This document shows positions 29,490 to 39,733 of a stretch of DNA of 64,000 nt, piece after piece. The stretch covers positions 569,107 through 633,106 of the forward strand of contig JBFWLW010000001.1 in NCBI GenBank assembly GCA_050251945.1, given 5' to 3'. Each line of letters opens with the position of its first letter. The stretch's first letter is position 1. The position numbers were made by a program, and so were the translations under genes. The notes below the pieces were generated by a model. That model did not search any database. It worked only from the letters and a program-made list of their open reading frames with translations, and was not told the origin of the DNA. The DNA is from Deferribacterales bacterium (GTDB taxonomy: Bacteria; Chrysiogenota; Deferribacteres; Deferribacterales; Geovibrionaceae).

Positions 29490-30596
29490 CTATTCAAGTT
29501 CTAAGCCCTTTTCCTTCCGTAATGTATCTATCTTTTCCAACGGTCTTTCAAGTTGTTTCGTGCGTGTAGTGGTCAGCGCCTCGAACTCTTTCTTAACGTC
29601 ATCTATGCGCTTGCCCAACGTATCGAATTTGTCGGTAAACATGCGCCACTGTTTATAAAACTCGCTGAACAGTTTCAGCATATCCGCAGAAGTGCTTTCA
29701 AATGCGAAATTTTCAACCGACTGTCTGATAACCGCCAGCACAGCGAAAAGTGACATCGGCGAAGTCAGCACAACGTTATTCGCCAGCGCATAATCCATCA
29801 CAGTGTCGTCATTTTCATAAATGAATTCGTAAACGCTCTCGTTGGGGATGAACAGAAGAACAACGTCCAAAGTGTTTTCGCTCCTGTCAACATAGCCTCT
29901 GTCCTTAACGTCCTTTATCTTGGTTTTAACGTCTTTTATGAACAGTTTAAGGCATGCATCCCGCTCCGAACCTTCCGTCTGATAAAATCTGACATAGTTA
30001 TCCAGAGGGAACTTGACATCCATGTTCAGCATCAAACCTTTTGGAAGCATGAAAGTGAAATCCGGACGGCTGCCGTTCTTCATGGTTGTCTGTTCTTTGT
30101 AGTTTACGTTCTCTATCAGCCCGGCGGCGCGGATTATATCCAGCGCCATCCGCTCGCCCCACCTGCCCCTTTCGGCGGATGAAGACAGTGCGCGGTTAAG
30201 GTCGTTAGCAACGTCCGTAAGGCGCTCGGTCTGTCGGACGGTTCCTTTTATCTGTTCGGAAATCTCCGCAAACTTTGACTCACGCTCTTTTTCCATGGAA
30301 TTCATGAACAGTTGCAGTTTCTCAAGGCTGTCCTTCATATGCACAAGCTGGGCGTCGATAAGTTCTTTTTTGCCTTCGAGCTGTCTCTCGCCCTCACCCG
30401 TTTTCGCATCCAGCGTGAGCTTCGCCAGCCTGATAAACTCCTCGGAATTGCGGGAAAGACTGTCCATGGAGACCTGCGCGAACACGTTTTTCAGTCCGTC
30501 CGCCATCTCCTCTTCCCTGCGTCGAAGAAAATAGGACGCGCCGAACCCGCAGAGGCATCCGGCGATGAAAACCATGATAACTATAACGTAGCTCAT
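29490..30596 (-). CDS. rmuC: DNA recombination protein RmuC
   Basis: RGRWGE, RPD..LP, DVKFPL, FIPNES. Confidence 0.9.
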   Translation of the reverse strand: MSYVIVIMVFIAGCLCGFGASYFLRRREEEMADGLKNVFAQVSMDSLSRNSEEFIRLAKLTLDAKTGEGERQLEGKKELIDAQLVHMKDSLEKLQLFMNSMEKERESKFAEISEQIKGTVRQTERLTDVANDLNRALSSSAERGRWGERMALDIIRAAGLIENVNYKEQTTMKNGSRPDFTFMLPKGLMLNMDVKFPLDNYVRFYQTEGSERDACLKLFIKDVKTKIKDVKDRGYVDRSENTLDVVLLFIPNESVYEFIYENDDTVMDYALANNVVLTSPMSLFAVLAVIRQSVENFAFESTSADMLKLFSEFYKQWRMFTDKFDTLGKRIDDVKKEFEALTTTRTKQLERPLEKIDTLRKEKGLELE

Positions 30597-31210
30597 ATTC
30601 CTGCCTTAAGCTTTATAAGGGCGTTCACAACCGCCCCCGCACAGGGACTGCCGCCCTTTGTGCCTATATTTGTAATATATCCCATCCCGCTCTCCGCGAG
30701 CATTGCCTTGCTCTCCGCCGCCATAACAAACCCCACCGGAAGACCTATCACCAGTGCGGGATTGATCAGCCCCTCTTTGTGCAGTTCCATTATCTTAAGC
30801 AGTGCCGTCGGCGCGTTGCCCACTGCATATATCGCTTCGGGATAGTTCCTTGCGGCGTATTCCATACTGTATTCCGCGCGTGTCTTGCCCTGCGCCGCCG
30901 CTTCGGCAGCCACATTATTGTCAGTTATAAAACAATGGCGCTCTATGCCCACAGCCTCTGTATATTTTGCCGTAATGGCGGTCTTCACCATGTTCACATC
31001 GCATATCACAGGCAGTCTGCGTTCAAGAGCATCCATAGCCCTTTCAATGGCATCGGGGCTGAAAAGCGTCATTTTCGCGAATTCAAAATCCCCTGTGGTG
31101 TGTATCAGACGCATAACAACGCGTTTTTGCCTCTCGTCGTATGCCGAAAGGTCGCACCCCGCCTCTATTATCTCAAAAGACTCCTTCTCAATTCTGTCGC
31201 CCTTGTTCAT
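30593..31210 (-). CDS. cbiC: Precorrin-8X methylmutase
   Basis: IEKESF.II, RLIHTTGD, GNAPTAL, PVGFV, KGGS. Confidence 0.92.
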   Translation of the reverse strand: MNKGDRIEKESFEIIEAGCDLSAYDERQKRVVMRLIHTTGDFEFAKMTLFSPDAIERAMDALERRLPVICDVNMVKTAITAKYTEAVGIERHCFITDNNVAAEAAAQGKTRAEYSMEYAARNYPEAIYAVGNAPTALLKIMELHKEGLINPALVIGLPVGFVMAAESKAMLAESGMGYITNIGTKGGSPCAGAVVNALIKLKAGI

Positions 31211-31212
31211 GC

Positions 31213-31896
31213 TTAGCCCTTTTTAAGTATTGCGGTGGAAAGATAATTTATCTTTTTTGTCTCTTCGCCGTTAAGATCCAGTATTATCTCGTCATCAAGG
31301 GTCGCGCGTGAAATCACATACGCGGTCTTTATGCCGTTTTCTTTGACGAAATTTTTCAGCACATCCAGCTTGTTATGCACCTTCATAACGAACACGGTTG
31401 CGAATTTTTCAGTACATTCCTTAAGGAACGACGTGTCGTCCTTCATCTCAACCGTACAGAAGCTCTCGTCCTTCTCCGTAACCGACATACAAAGGATGTT
31501 CGGCACAGCGGAAATGGCGGATATACCCGGAACAAATTCCATTTTAACGCCGTAGTTTTCCAGTTTATGCGCCAGATAGTTCAGGGTCGAATATATGGGC
31601 GCGTCGCCGATGGTGACGTAGGTGACTTTTTTGCCTTCCTTCACCATGCCGTGTATATCGGCGGCAAGTGCGGCATATTTCGTATCAAGGTCACCCTTGT
31701 CCCCTGTCATGGGGAAATAATACATATATATTTTCTCTTCGGGAACAATACCTTTAATAATATCCTTTGCGAGACTTCTGCCTGTCTTGTCCGACTGGGG
31801 AACAACGACAACGTCGCTTTCGTTCATGAGGCGTACAGCCTTAACTGTCAAAAGTTCTGGGTCGCCGGGTCCTATTCCTATTCCGTAGATTTTCAT
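31213..31896 (-). CDS. cbiL: Precorrin-2 C20-methyltransferase
   Basis: GIGIGPGDPELLT, FPM, TIGDAPIYST, VFVMK. Confidence 0.9.
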   Translation of the reverse strand: MKIYGIGIGPGDPELLTVKAVRLMNESDVVVVPQSDKTGRSLAKDIIKGIVPEEKIYMYYFPMTGDKGDLDTKYAALAADIHGMVKEGKKVTYVTIGDAPIYSTLNYLAHKLENYGVKMEFVPGISAISAVPNILCMSVTEKDESFCTVEMKDDTSFLKECTEKFATVFVMKVHNKLDVLKNFVKENGIKTAYVISRATLDDEIILDLNGEETKKINYLSTAILKKG

Positions 31897-31917
31897 TTCA
31901 ACTCCTGAAAACTTTAT

Positions 31918-31984
31918 GAGATTGCCACGTCGCTACGCTTCTAGCAATGACGTCTTTGCGGGGAACAGAGTGACGAAGCAATCT
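31918..31984. repeat. REP-like palindromic element
   Basis: GAGATTGCCACGTCGC...GCAATGACGTCTTTGCG...GACGAAGCAATCT. Confidence 0.8.
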
Positions 31985-31988
31985 GAAT

Positions 31989-33302
31989 TTATATAATGTT
32001 CTTTATCAGCGGGTTATCGCACAAAAAATGCAGGTGCGTGTAAGCCGCGAAAGTATTTTTATATATCAGCCCGTCGCGGGATATTTTACCGTCCGTAATG
32101 CGCGTCAGTTTATACGCGTATTCGCCTGAATAGCCTTCCATGGCGGAATAGTGAAACTCGTGACCGACGTTGCTCTGCCCGCCTGCGCCCATTATGCAAT
32201 CTTTTACAAGCTCTGCGCGGACGTAGCCGAGCGCCTGCCGTCTGGCGCACATTCTGGTTTCGCAGTCGAAAATACCAGCCATAGGAAAAAATCCGCCGTC
32301 GGTGTGGATGCCGCGTGAAAGGTACATCAGCCCGCCGCACTCAGCATAGAGCTTTCCGCCGTTTTCCGCATAGTCTTTTATGATTTTCGCAGTCCTGCTT
32401 TCCGAAAGCTCTTTTGCATACAGTTCAGGATATCCGCCACCTATGTAAACAAAATCCGCACCATCTATGCCATCGCCAGCCAAAGGACTGAAAAATTTCA
32501 CGTCAAAACCCTGCGAAGTAAGGAATTCCATGTTTGAATTATAGTAAAACTGAAAAGCTTTATCGTATGCAACATAAGCCACCCGATCAGGCTTAACCGC
32601 AGGTTCCTGCACACAGGCAGGTCTTTCGGCACTACACAGCGACAGAAGCCCGTCGACGTCCACGTTTGCCGATGCGAAGTCGGCGCACATATCAAGATAG
32701 CTGTCGTCAATCTCCATGGCGGTCTTTATACCGAGATGCCTTGAACCCAGAAGGTTTTCGCTGTTTCTGGGCAACGTACCCAGAACTTTGCAGTCTGTAT
32801 GGGTCTCAACCGCAGACCGCACCAGAAGTGCGTGGCGGTCGGAAGCTATATTGTTCAGCACAACTCCGGCTATGCGCATCTTTCCGAGCTCGGTGATGCC
32901 GCGAACCACTGCCGCAGCAGTGTATGAACTGCCGGAGCAATCCACAACCAGAATACACGGAACATCAGTTATCGCGGCGATATCGGCGCTGCTCCCTTTA
33001 AAATCCGTATGGGAAATACCGTCCAGAACGCCCATAACACCTTCTATGACTGCGGCATCGGCACCCTTACAGCCGTGAGCATAAACGTTGCGGACTGTTT
33101 CCCGCGAAAGCATTACGCTGTCAAGGTTATAAGCCTTTCTGCCCGATGCGCGCTCCAGATGCAGAGTGTCTATATAATCCGGTCCGCATTTGAAAGGCGC
33201 AACAGTACGTCCGGTGCGGGTCAGATACCTGATAATGCCCGTTGTCAGAGTGGTTTTGCCGGAGCCGCTCTTGTCGGCGGCTATAATGAATGAACTGAAC
33301 AT
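31989..33302 (-). CDS. cbiA: Cobyrinate a,c-diamide synthase
   Basis: SGSGKTT, FKCGPDYID, EGVMG, GGGYPE, AECGG, HEFHYS. Confidence 0.93.
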   Translation of the reverse strand: MFSSFIIAADKSGSGKTTLTTGIIRYLTRTGRTVAPFKCGPDYIDTLHLERASGRKAYNLDSVMLSRETVRNVYAHGCKGADAAVIEGVMGVLDGISHTDFKGSSADIAAITDVPCILVVDCSGSSYTAAAVVRGITELGKMRIAGVVLNNIASDRHALLVRSAVETHTDCKVLGTLPRNSENLLGSRHLGIKTAMEIDDSYLDMCADFASANVDVDGLLSLCSAERPACVQEPAVKPDRVAYVAYDKAFQFYYNSNMEFLTSQGFDVKFFSPLAGDGIDGADFVYIGGGYPELYAKELSESRTAKIIKDYAENGGKLYAECGGLMYLSRGIHTDGGFFPMAGIFDCETRMCARRQALGYVRAELVKDCIMGAGGQSNVGHEFHYSAMEGYSGEYAYKLTRITDGKISRDGLIYKNTFAAYTHLHFLCDNPLIKNII

Positions 33303-33366
33303 ACACTGAGATTATTGCATTATCTATAATCTTGCAAGGGAAGAAAAAAAAGGCTACCCTGACTCC

Positions 33367-34020
33367 ATGAAAATATCAGCGCCGTCTTTTGTCATCCCCG
33401 ACAGCAGGGCAAACAACGTACTTTATCTGAAGCCATACACAGACGAGGTAGAGCTTCTGTTCTTCGACAGCAGGCACGATTTCGACATGCCGTCGGACGC
33501 GGAAATTGCAGAGCTTGCGGCATTTGGCATGGATTACAGCATACACCTGCCCACAGACAATGACCTGAATACTGCGGAAGGCTGGCAGGTCATAGACGCA
33601 TACATAGCAAAACTAGAGCCTCTGAAACCCCTGCGCATGGTGATACATCCCGCTGAAAGTGCCTTTTTTATCAAAGAAACGCACAAAAGGCGCGAACACA
33701 ACATCATAATAGAAAACACCGGTTTTTACGGTTCTTTTTTCGACGACGCGGTTGGAATGGGGCTGGGACTATGTTTTGACAACCCCCATGCAGGTGAAAA
33801 GGCGCAAGAATTCCACGAAAGATACAAAGCGCATATCCGCGAATACCATCTTCAGGGTGAAACAAACGGCAAACACCATAAAAGTCTTGAGCATATAGAA
33901 CTCAATCTGTTAGAATCCATCCTTGCTAATGCAAAATGTAACGGGGCGACCGTCTGTCTTGAGATGTTCAGCAACGACGATTTCCTCAGATCATACGAAA
34001 TAATCAGGGAATACATATGA
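33367..34020 (+). CDS. cbiR: Cobamide remodeling phosphodiesterase CbiR-like (AP endonuclease 2 fold)
   Basis: SFVIP..NV..L..DEVELLFF, IHLP, IEN, CFD..H, HLQG..H, LEMF; next to cobU/cobS. Confidence 0.7.
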   Translation: MKISAPSFVIPDSRANNVLYLKPYTDEVELLFFDSRHDFDMPSDAEIAELAAFGMDYSIHLPTDNDLNTAEGWQVIDAYIAKLEPLKPLRMVIHPAESAFFIKETHKRREHNIIIENTGFYGSFFDDAVGMGLGLCFDNPHAGEKAQEFHERYKAHIREYHLQGETNGKHHKSLEHIELNLLESILANAKCNGATVCLEMFSNDDFLRSYEIIREYI

Positions 34021-34526
34021 TAACACTTGTTACCGGCGGTATTAAAAGCGGGAAAACGGCATACGCTCTCAGACTTTGCGGGGAATACTCTTCAAAGACC
34101 TACGTTGCCACAGCGGAAGCTTTCGACGAGGCAATGCAGGACAAAATTGACCTGCACAAAGCGGAACGGGACGGAAGCTGGACGACAATAGAGGAACCCG
34201 TCAGCCTGCACAGCGTTTTCGATAACGCTGAAAATCAGGACGTAGTGCTTATCGACTGCATAACAATGTGGCTGAACAACCTTATATACAAACAGCTTAA
34301 TATTGAAAAACACATAGAGCATTTTATGGAGAGGCTGGCGGAATGTAAAAAGCCGGTGGTCATTGTAACCAACGAAACGGGTCTGGGTGTTATGCCTGCA
34401 AACCCCGAAGGCTGTAAATTCGCCGACGAACTGGGTAAGCTGAACACAAGGCTTGCGGCGGCATCCGACAGCGTGGTTTTTATGATATCTTCAATACCGC
34501 TCGCCATTAAGGGAGGAAAAAAGTGA
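34017..34526 (+). CDS. cobU: Adenosylcobinamide kinase/guanylyltransferase
   Basis: TGGIKSGKT, YVATA, W.TIEEP, DCITMW, VTNE.G.G. Confidence 0.92.
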   Translation: MITLVTGGIKSGKTAYALRLCGEYSSKTYVATAEAFDEAMQDKIDLHKAERDGSWTTIEEPVSLHSVFDNAENQDVVLIDCITMWLNNLIYKQLNIEKHIEHFMERLAECKKPVVIVTNETGLGVMPANPEGCKFADELGKLNTRLAAASDSVVFMISSIPLAIKGGKK

Positions 34527-35596
34527 AACTCACTGAGATTATTGCATCCGTTAAGCCCGCAGACAAAGAAATTTTCAAACAGGCGCAGGAGAGAACCGCA
34601 AACCTGATCATGCCGCCCAGAGCGCTGGGAAGGCTCAATGACATCGGCGAAAAGATATGCTCCATTCAGGGAACGATGAAACCCAAAGTTGACAAACGCA
34701 TGGTTTTTGTCATGGCGGGAGACCACGGAATAACGGAAGAGCGGGTGGCAGCGTTTCCGCAGGAGGTCACAGGTCAGATGATGGGCGCTTTCGTGGCTGG
34801 AATGGCTTCTATCAACATCCTGTCCAAACAGGCAAAATCAAAAGTTCTCGTGGCGGATATCGGCGCTGTCTGCGACGTTAACGCAGTCCCCTCCGATCCC
34901 GACAACACATTCATAATAAAAAAGATACGCAGAGGCACGGCAAACTTCACCAAAGGTGCGGCAATGACCCGCGAAGAGGCGGAAGCATGCGTCATGGCGG
35001 GTTTTGATATAGCCTCCGAGATGATACAGAAACACGGACTTAACCTCATCGCCACAGGCGACATGGGCATAGGAAACACTACCCCGTCCAGCGCCATCGG
35101 TGCTGTTTTCACAGGAGAAACTGCGGAAGTTATGACCGGATTCGGTTCCGGCATTGACAACGAAGCACTGCAACGCAAGATAAACACCATTAAACGCGGC
35201 ATAGAGCTGAACAAACCCGATAAAAAGGACGCTCTTGACGTGCTTTCAAAGGTCGGCGGACTTGAGATAGGCGCTATCGCAGGGGTTATCCTCGCAGGCG
35301 CATACCACAGGATTCCCGTTATGATAGACGGGATCATATCTGCCGCAGGCGCACTCATCGCCTTCGGTCTCTGCCCACTTTCCGTTGAGTATATGATAAG
35401 CGGGCATAAATCCGTTGAACCCGGACAGATAAAAATGCTTCAGTACATGAACCTCGAACCGCTGGTAGACCTCGGTCTCAGACTCGGCGAGGGAACCGGA
35501 GCAGTCATGGCTATGCACTCCGTGGAAGCGGGCGTAAGGGTCATAACGGAGATTGCCACATTCGCAGAAGCAGGCGTTTCCGGCAAGGAGATGTAA
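34523..35596 (+). CDS. cobT: Nicotinate-nucleotide-dimethylbenzimidazole phosphoribosyltransferase
   Basis: AGDHG, GDMGIGNTT, LRLGEGTGA. Confidence 0.93.
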   Translation: MKLTEIIASVKPADKEIFKQAQERTANLIMPPRALGRLNDIGEKICSIQGTMKPKVDKRMVFVMAGDHGITEERVAAFPQEVTGQMMGAFVAGMASINILSKQAKSKVLVADIGAVCDVNAVPSDPDNTFIIKKIRRGTANFTKGAAMTREEAEACVMAGFDIASEMIQKHGLNLIATGDMGIGNTTPSSAIGAVFTGETAEVMTGFGSGIDNEALQRKINTIKRGIELNKPDKKDALDVLSKVGGLEIGAIAGVILAGAYHRIPVMIDGIISAAGALIAFGLCPLSVEYMISGHKSVEPGQIKMLQYMNLEPLVDLGLRLGEGTGAVMAMHSVEAGVRVITEIATFAEAGVSGKEM

Positions 35597-35597
35597 C

Positions 35598-36311
35598 ATC
35601 TTTAAACGTTATCTCGACGCACTCAGCTTTCTGACAGTTATAAGGTTTAAGACCAAAGATTTCGACGGACGAAAAGCCGTGTACAGCTTCGTTCCTGTCG
35701 GCTTAACGGTGGGATTGCCGCTCTGGCTGTTCTATACCTATGCGCAGGCATACCTGCCGCAAACGGCAATGGCTGTAATAACGGTGCTTTACCTCGTTCT
35801 GATAACAGGAGCACTGCACCTTGACGGGCTGGCTGATACGGCGGACGGTATATTCTCGTTCCGCGACCGCGAAAAGATGCTTGAGATAATGAAAGACAGC
35901 CGCATCGGCACAATGGGCGCCGTGGCTATCGTAATGGCACTGATTATAAAAACTTTTTCAGTCTATTCCATATCAAACCCGCTCTACCTGCTGGTGATTC
36001 CCGCCTATTCTCGGTTCAGCATGGTTTTCGGGTTTTACATGTTTAAATATGCGCGGGAAACAGGTACGGCGGCGGCGTTCTTCGGGACTTTTTCGCCGCT
36101 GGTGTTCGTTCAGGGTATACTGCTGCTGTGCATAAGCTATTTCTTCGGCGCATACCAGTTCGTTATTTTCAATATCGCTTTTCTGATATTTGTCTATCTT
36201 ATTACAAGACTGTATAGAAACAGAATAGGCGGCATAACCGGCGATATGCTCGGTGCGATGTGCGAATCGTCCGAAGCGTTTCTGTTTCTGGTGGCGGTGT
36301 GCTTATGGTGA
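35598..36311 (+). CDS. cobS: Adenosylcobinamide-GDP ribazoletransferase (start uncertain: ATC 35598 or TTG 35553)
   Basis: ALSFLT, TGALHLDGLADTADG, MKDSRIG, GGITGD. Confidence 0.9.
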   Translation: MFKRYLDALSFLTVIRFKTKDFDGRKAVYSFVPVGLTVGLPLWLFYTYAQAYLPQTAMAVITVLYLVLITGALHLDGLADTADGIFSFRDREKMLEIMKDSRIGTMGAVAIVMALIIKTFSVYSISNPLYLLVIPAYSRFSMVFGFYMFKYARETGTAAAFFGTFSPLVFVQGILLLCISYFFGAYQFVIFNIAFLIFVYLITRLYRNRIGGITGDMLGAMCESSEAFLFLVAVCLW

Positions 36312-37363
36312 TGTTTCAGCACGGCGGTAACGTATATTCAGCGGCGGAGGCGGCGGGATGCCATGTGGACGAGATAATCGATCTAAGCAGTAACGTATCT
36401 CCTTTTACATCGGATGCGCTATTGAAAGGGCTTAACGTCAAAGATATCGTTTCGCGCCTGCCCGAACCGTACAGCAGAACGCTGACAAATGATATCGCGA
36501 ACTACCATGACCTGCCTGTCGAAAACTTTCTGACGGGAAGCGGTACAACGGAATTCATTCACCGGATATGCCAACTTTATGCTGGTAAACGCGCTGTTAT
36601 ACTCCAGCCGACCTACGTTGACTATATGAAGCACGCACAGCTTGCGGGCATGACGGTTACCAACTGCACCATGACCGCAGAAAAAAAATTCGCGTTCGAC
36701 GACAACGAGCTTATAGAATATCTGCCGGACGCAGACGTCTGTTTCATCTGCAATCCCAACAACCCCACGGGAACTCTTATCAGCAAGGATGAACTGCGCT
36801 TCATAGCCGATATGTTCCAAAAGACAATGTTCGTAATTGACGAGTCATATATAGATTTCTGTGTGGACAAAAACCCCACACTGATAGGCTGCACACTGCA
36901 CAACATGATAGTTCTGCGCTCCTTTTCAAAGGCGTACGGAATCCCCGGACTTCGTGCCGGATACGCTTTTTCGCAGGACAAAAATCTTCTGGCGGAGATC
37001 AAAAGCACCATGTCTCCGTGGAACATAAACAGCCTTGCGCAGGAAGTCTGCAAAAAAGCTCTTAAACTGGATATCACAAGCCCTATGAGGCAGGTATGCC
37101 AGATAAAAGCAAACACATTGAGCAGACTGGCGCATAACGAAAACCTTCATATCATGCCCGGCGAGGCAAACTATATTCTTATAAAGCTTAAAAGATCGGA
37201 CGCTACATCTTTCAGCGAATATATGCTGAACCACAAGATACTTATCCGCAACTGTTCAAATTTTGCCGGTCTTTCGGACAAATATGTCCGGATAGCCGTT
37301 AAGGAACAGGTACATATGGACACCTTCTGCCATCTTGCGGAAACCTATTTCAGGATATTCTGA
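36305..37363 (+). CDS. cobD: Threonine-phosphate decarboxylase
   Basis: HGGN, DLSSN, CNPNNPTG, DESY, RSFSK..GLR. Confidence 0.88.
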   Translation: MVMFQHGGNVYSAAEAAGCHVDEIIDLSSNVSPFTSDALLKGLNVKDIVSRLPEPYSRTLTNDIANYHDLPVENFLTGSGTTEFIHRICQLYAGKRAVILQPTYVDYMKHAQLAGMTVTNCTMTAEKKFAFDDNELIEYLPDADVCFICNPNNPTGTLISKDELRFIADMFQKTMFVIDESYIDFCVDKNPTLIGCTLHNMIVLRSFSKAYGIPGLRAGYAFSQDKNLLAEIKSTMSPWNINSLAQEVCKKALKLDITSPMRQVCQIKANTLSRLAHNENLHIMPGEANYILIKLKRSDATSFSEYMLNHKILIRNCSNFAGLSDKYVRIAVKEQVHMDTFCHLAETYFRIF

Positions 37364-38802
37364 TGAAAGCCAAACCAATCATGTTTCAGGGAACGGGAAG
37401 CGGAGTGGGCAAGTCCGTCATATGTGCGGGTTTCTGCCATCTGCTTGCGCGCAGAGGCGTAAAGGTCGCACCGTTCAAATCCCAGAATATGGCGTTGAAC
37501 AGCGGTGTTGCACAGGGCGGCGAAATGGGCAGAGCGCAGATTTTGCAGGCACAGGCTGCCGGCATAGAACCAGACGTGCGCATGAACCCCGTGCTGCTTA
37601 AACCCATCGGCAATTCAACAAGTCAGGTGATACGCATGGGCAAACCGGTGGGCAACTTCACAGCCAGACAGTATTATGAAATGTCGCAGGACAACCTTAA
37701 AACCGCTATAGAGGCTTATGAAAGCCTTTCGGCGGAATACGATGTGATCATAATCGAAGGGGCGGGAAGCCCCGCTGAGATTAATCTGCACAATACAGAC
37801 ATTGTGAACATGAGAACGGCGGAATTTGCCGACGCTCCCGTGTACATAATAGGCGACATAGACCGCGGCGGCGTTTTCGCATGGATGAAAGGCACATACG
37901 ACCTTCTGCCGGACTATGGAAAACCACGGGTAAAAGGCTTTATAATCAATCGGTTCCGCGGCGACATATCCCTTTTACAGCCCGGCATTGACATGTTTAA
38001 AGATATTGTTCCAGTACCGATTGTCGGCACTGTGCCGATGCTGAACCTCACACTTGAAGAAGAAGACAGCCAGAGCATAAACGACAGCACAAAAGGCGGT
38101 TTCGTAACTGTCGCCGTCGTACGGCTTGCCCGAATGTCAAACTTTACGGACTTCGCTCCCCTCGCCTCCTGCCCCGACATAAACCTGATATACGCAAAAT
38201 CACCCAATGAGCTTACCGGAGCGGACATAATCATTATCCCGGGGAGCAAAAGCACCATAGCCGATATGAAGGATATGCGTATGCGCGGGTTTGACCGGAA
38301 GATACTCTCCATGGCAGGCAAAACACCGATAGTGGGTGTATGCGGCGGATTCCAGATGCTTGGGAAAACCATAAAAGACCCCGAAGGCATCGAGGGAGAC
38401 GATAAAGAGTGCGCAGGGCTTGGACTTCTGGATATGGAAACCGTCATCACACCCGAAAAGACGCTTCTGAACAAAACATATCATGGCAAAGAACAGCTTG
38501 ACGGTCTGAATTTCTCAGGATACGAGATACATATGGGCGTATCATCAACAAAACGCGCCTACACGCAGTTATGCACGGAAAAAGATATATGTATAGCCGA
38601 CACTGAAAATAGGGTTATAGGAACATACATACACGGGCTTTTCGACAGCGCAGACGTGGCTTCACGCGTTACAGCAATGTCCGGAAAAGCCATAAAACCA
38701 GATTACTCTTATCATAAAAATAAACAGGCACAGCTTGACCTGCTTGCCGACACATTGGAACAGAACCTTGACACCGACACTATCCTCTCTTCTTTATATT
38801 GA
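37363..38802 (+). CDS. cobQ: Cobyric acid synthase (CbiP/CobQ)
   Basis: QGTGSGVGKS, PFKSQNM, EGAGSPAEIN, CGGFQMLG, GYEIH. Confidence 0.93.
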   Translation: MKAKPIMFQGTGSGVGKSVICAGFCHLLARRGVKVAPFKSQNMALNSGVAQGGEMGRAQILQAQAAGIEPDVRMNPVLLKPIGNSTSQVIRMGKPVGNFTARQYYEMSQDNLKTAIEAYESLSAEYDVIIIEGAGSPAEINLHNTDIVNMRTAEFADAPVYIIGDIDRGGVFAWMKGTYDLLPDYGKPRVKGFIINRFRGDISLLQPGIDMFKDIVPVPIVGTVPMLNLTLEEEDSQSINDSTKGGFVTVAVVRLARMSNFTDFAPLASCPDINLIYAKSPNELTGADIIIIPGSKSTIADMKDMRMRGFDRKILSMAGKTPIVGVCGGFQMLGKTIKDPEGIEGDDKECAGLGLLDMETVITPEKTLLNKTYHGKEQLDGLNFSGYEIHMGVSSTKRAYTQLCTEKDICIADTENRVIGTYIHGLFDSADVASRVTAMSGKAIKPDYSYHKNKQAQLDLLADTLEQNLDTDTILSSLY

Positions 38803-38806
38803 CTTC

Positions 38807-39733
38807 ATGGCTCTGATAGCCGCTTTCTGGCTGGACTGGTTTCTGGGCGAACCGGATATCCCGTTCCACCCTGTGCGTATTGCCGGAAGCGCAGTCAGCT
38901 ACTGCGAAAAATCACTGCGCCGCAAAGGAACCATATTTGAAGGTGTTCTCTCAGCATTTATAACACTGACCTTTACTCTGTCAACCGCAGGTGTTTCACT
39001 CTATTACGCGGCGAAAGCAGGGAGCTTCTGGTACTTTATAGTAAGCACCATAATCATCTATTTCTCAATAAGCGTCCGCTCACTGGCGGAACACGCGGAA
39101 AACGTGCAGAAAGGACTGGAAGAATCGGACGAAAAAGGCAGAAAAGAGCTTTCAAAGATTGTCTCAAGGGACACCGAAAATATGCCGAAAGAGAAAATAG
39201 TAACCTCCGACATTGAATCCGTCTCCGAAAACTATGTGGACGCGGTGGTATCGCCTCTGTTCTTTGCCGCTGTTCTGGGTCCCATGGGTGCCGTTCTGTT
39301 CAAGACCGTCTCCACCATGGATTCCATGATAGGCTATAAGAACGAAAAATTTCTTTATTACGGCAGGTTTGCCGCCCGATTCGACGACGTTCTGAATTTC
39401 ATACCTGCAAGATTGTCGATTATCCCTATTGTTATAGCATCCATCTTGCTCCGTCTGAACACGAAAAATGCGATAAGATGCTTTATGAGATACAGACTTT
39501 CACATGCAAGCCCCAACTCCGCACACCCGATGAGCGCTTTCGCGGGGGCGTTGAACATCCGGCTGGGCGGTGCCGTGAGCTATTTCGGCAAACTCACCGA
39601 AAAACCGTATATCGGCGACAGCGAACGCATACCGGAAACTGCAGATATTACAAAATCAGTCAGGCTGATGGAAACATCATCCGTAATATGGGCTGTGATA
39701 TGCTGCCTTATCACCATTTGGAAGGTGATGTGA
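38807..39733 (+). CDS. cbiB: Adenosylcobinamide-phosphate synthase (start uncertain)
   Basis: HPV, IVSRDT, ESVSEN, TMDSMIGY, SPNS. Confidence 0.92.
   Translation: MALIAAFWLDWFLGEPDIPFHPVRIAGSAVSYCEKSLRRKGTIFEGVLSAFITLTFTLSTAGVSLYYAAKAGSFWYFIVSTIIIYFSISVRSLAEHAENVQKGLEESDEKGRKELSKIVSRDTENMPKEKIVTSDIESVSENYVDAVVSPLFFAAVLGPMGAVLFKTVSTMDSMIGYKNEKFLYYGRFAARFDDVLNFIPARLSIIPIVIASILLRLNTKNAIRCFMRYRLSHASPNSAHPMSAFAGALNIRLGGAVSYFGKLTEKPYIGDSERIPETADITKSVRLMETSSVIWAVICCLITIWKVM

Noticed and set aside
33303..33366. Cobalamin riboswitch
   Set aside because: Intergenic region too short and no B12 box
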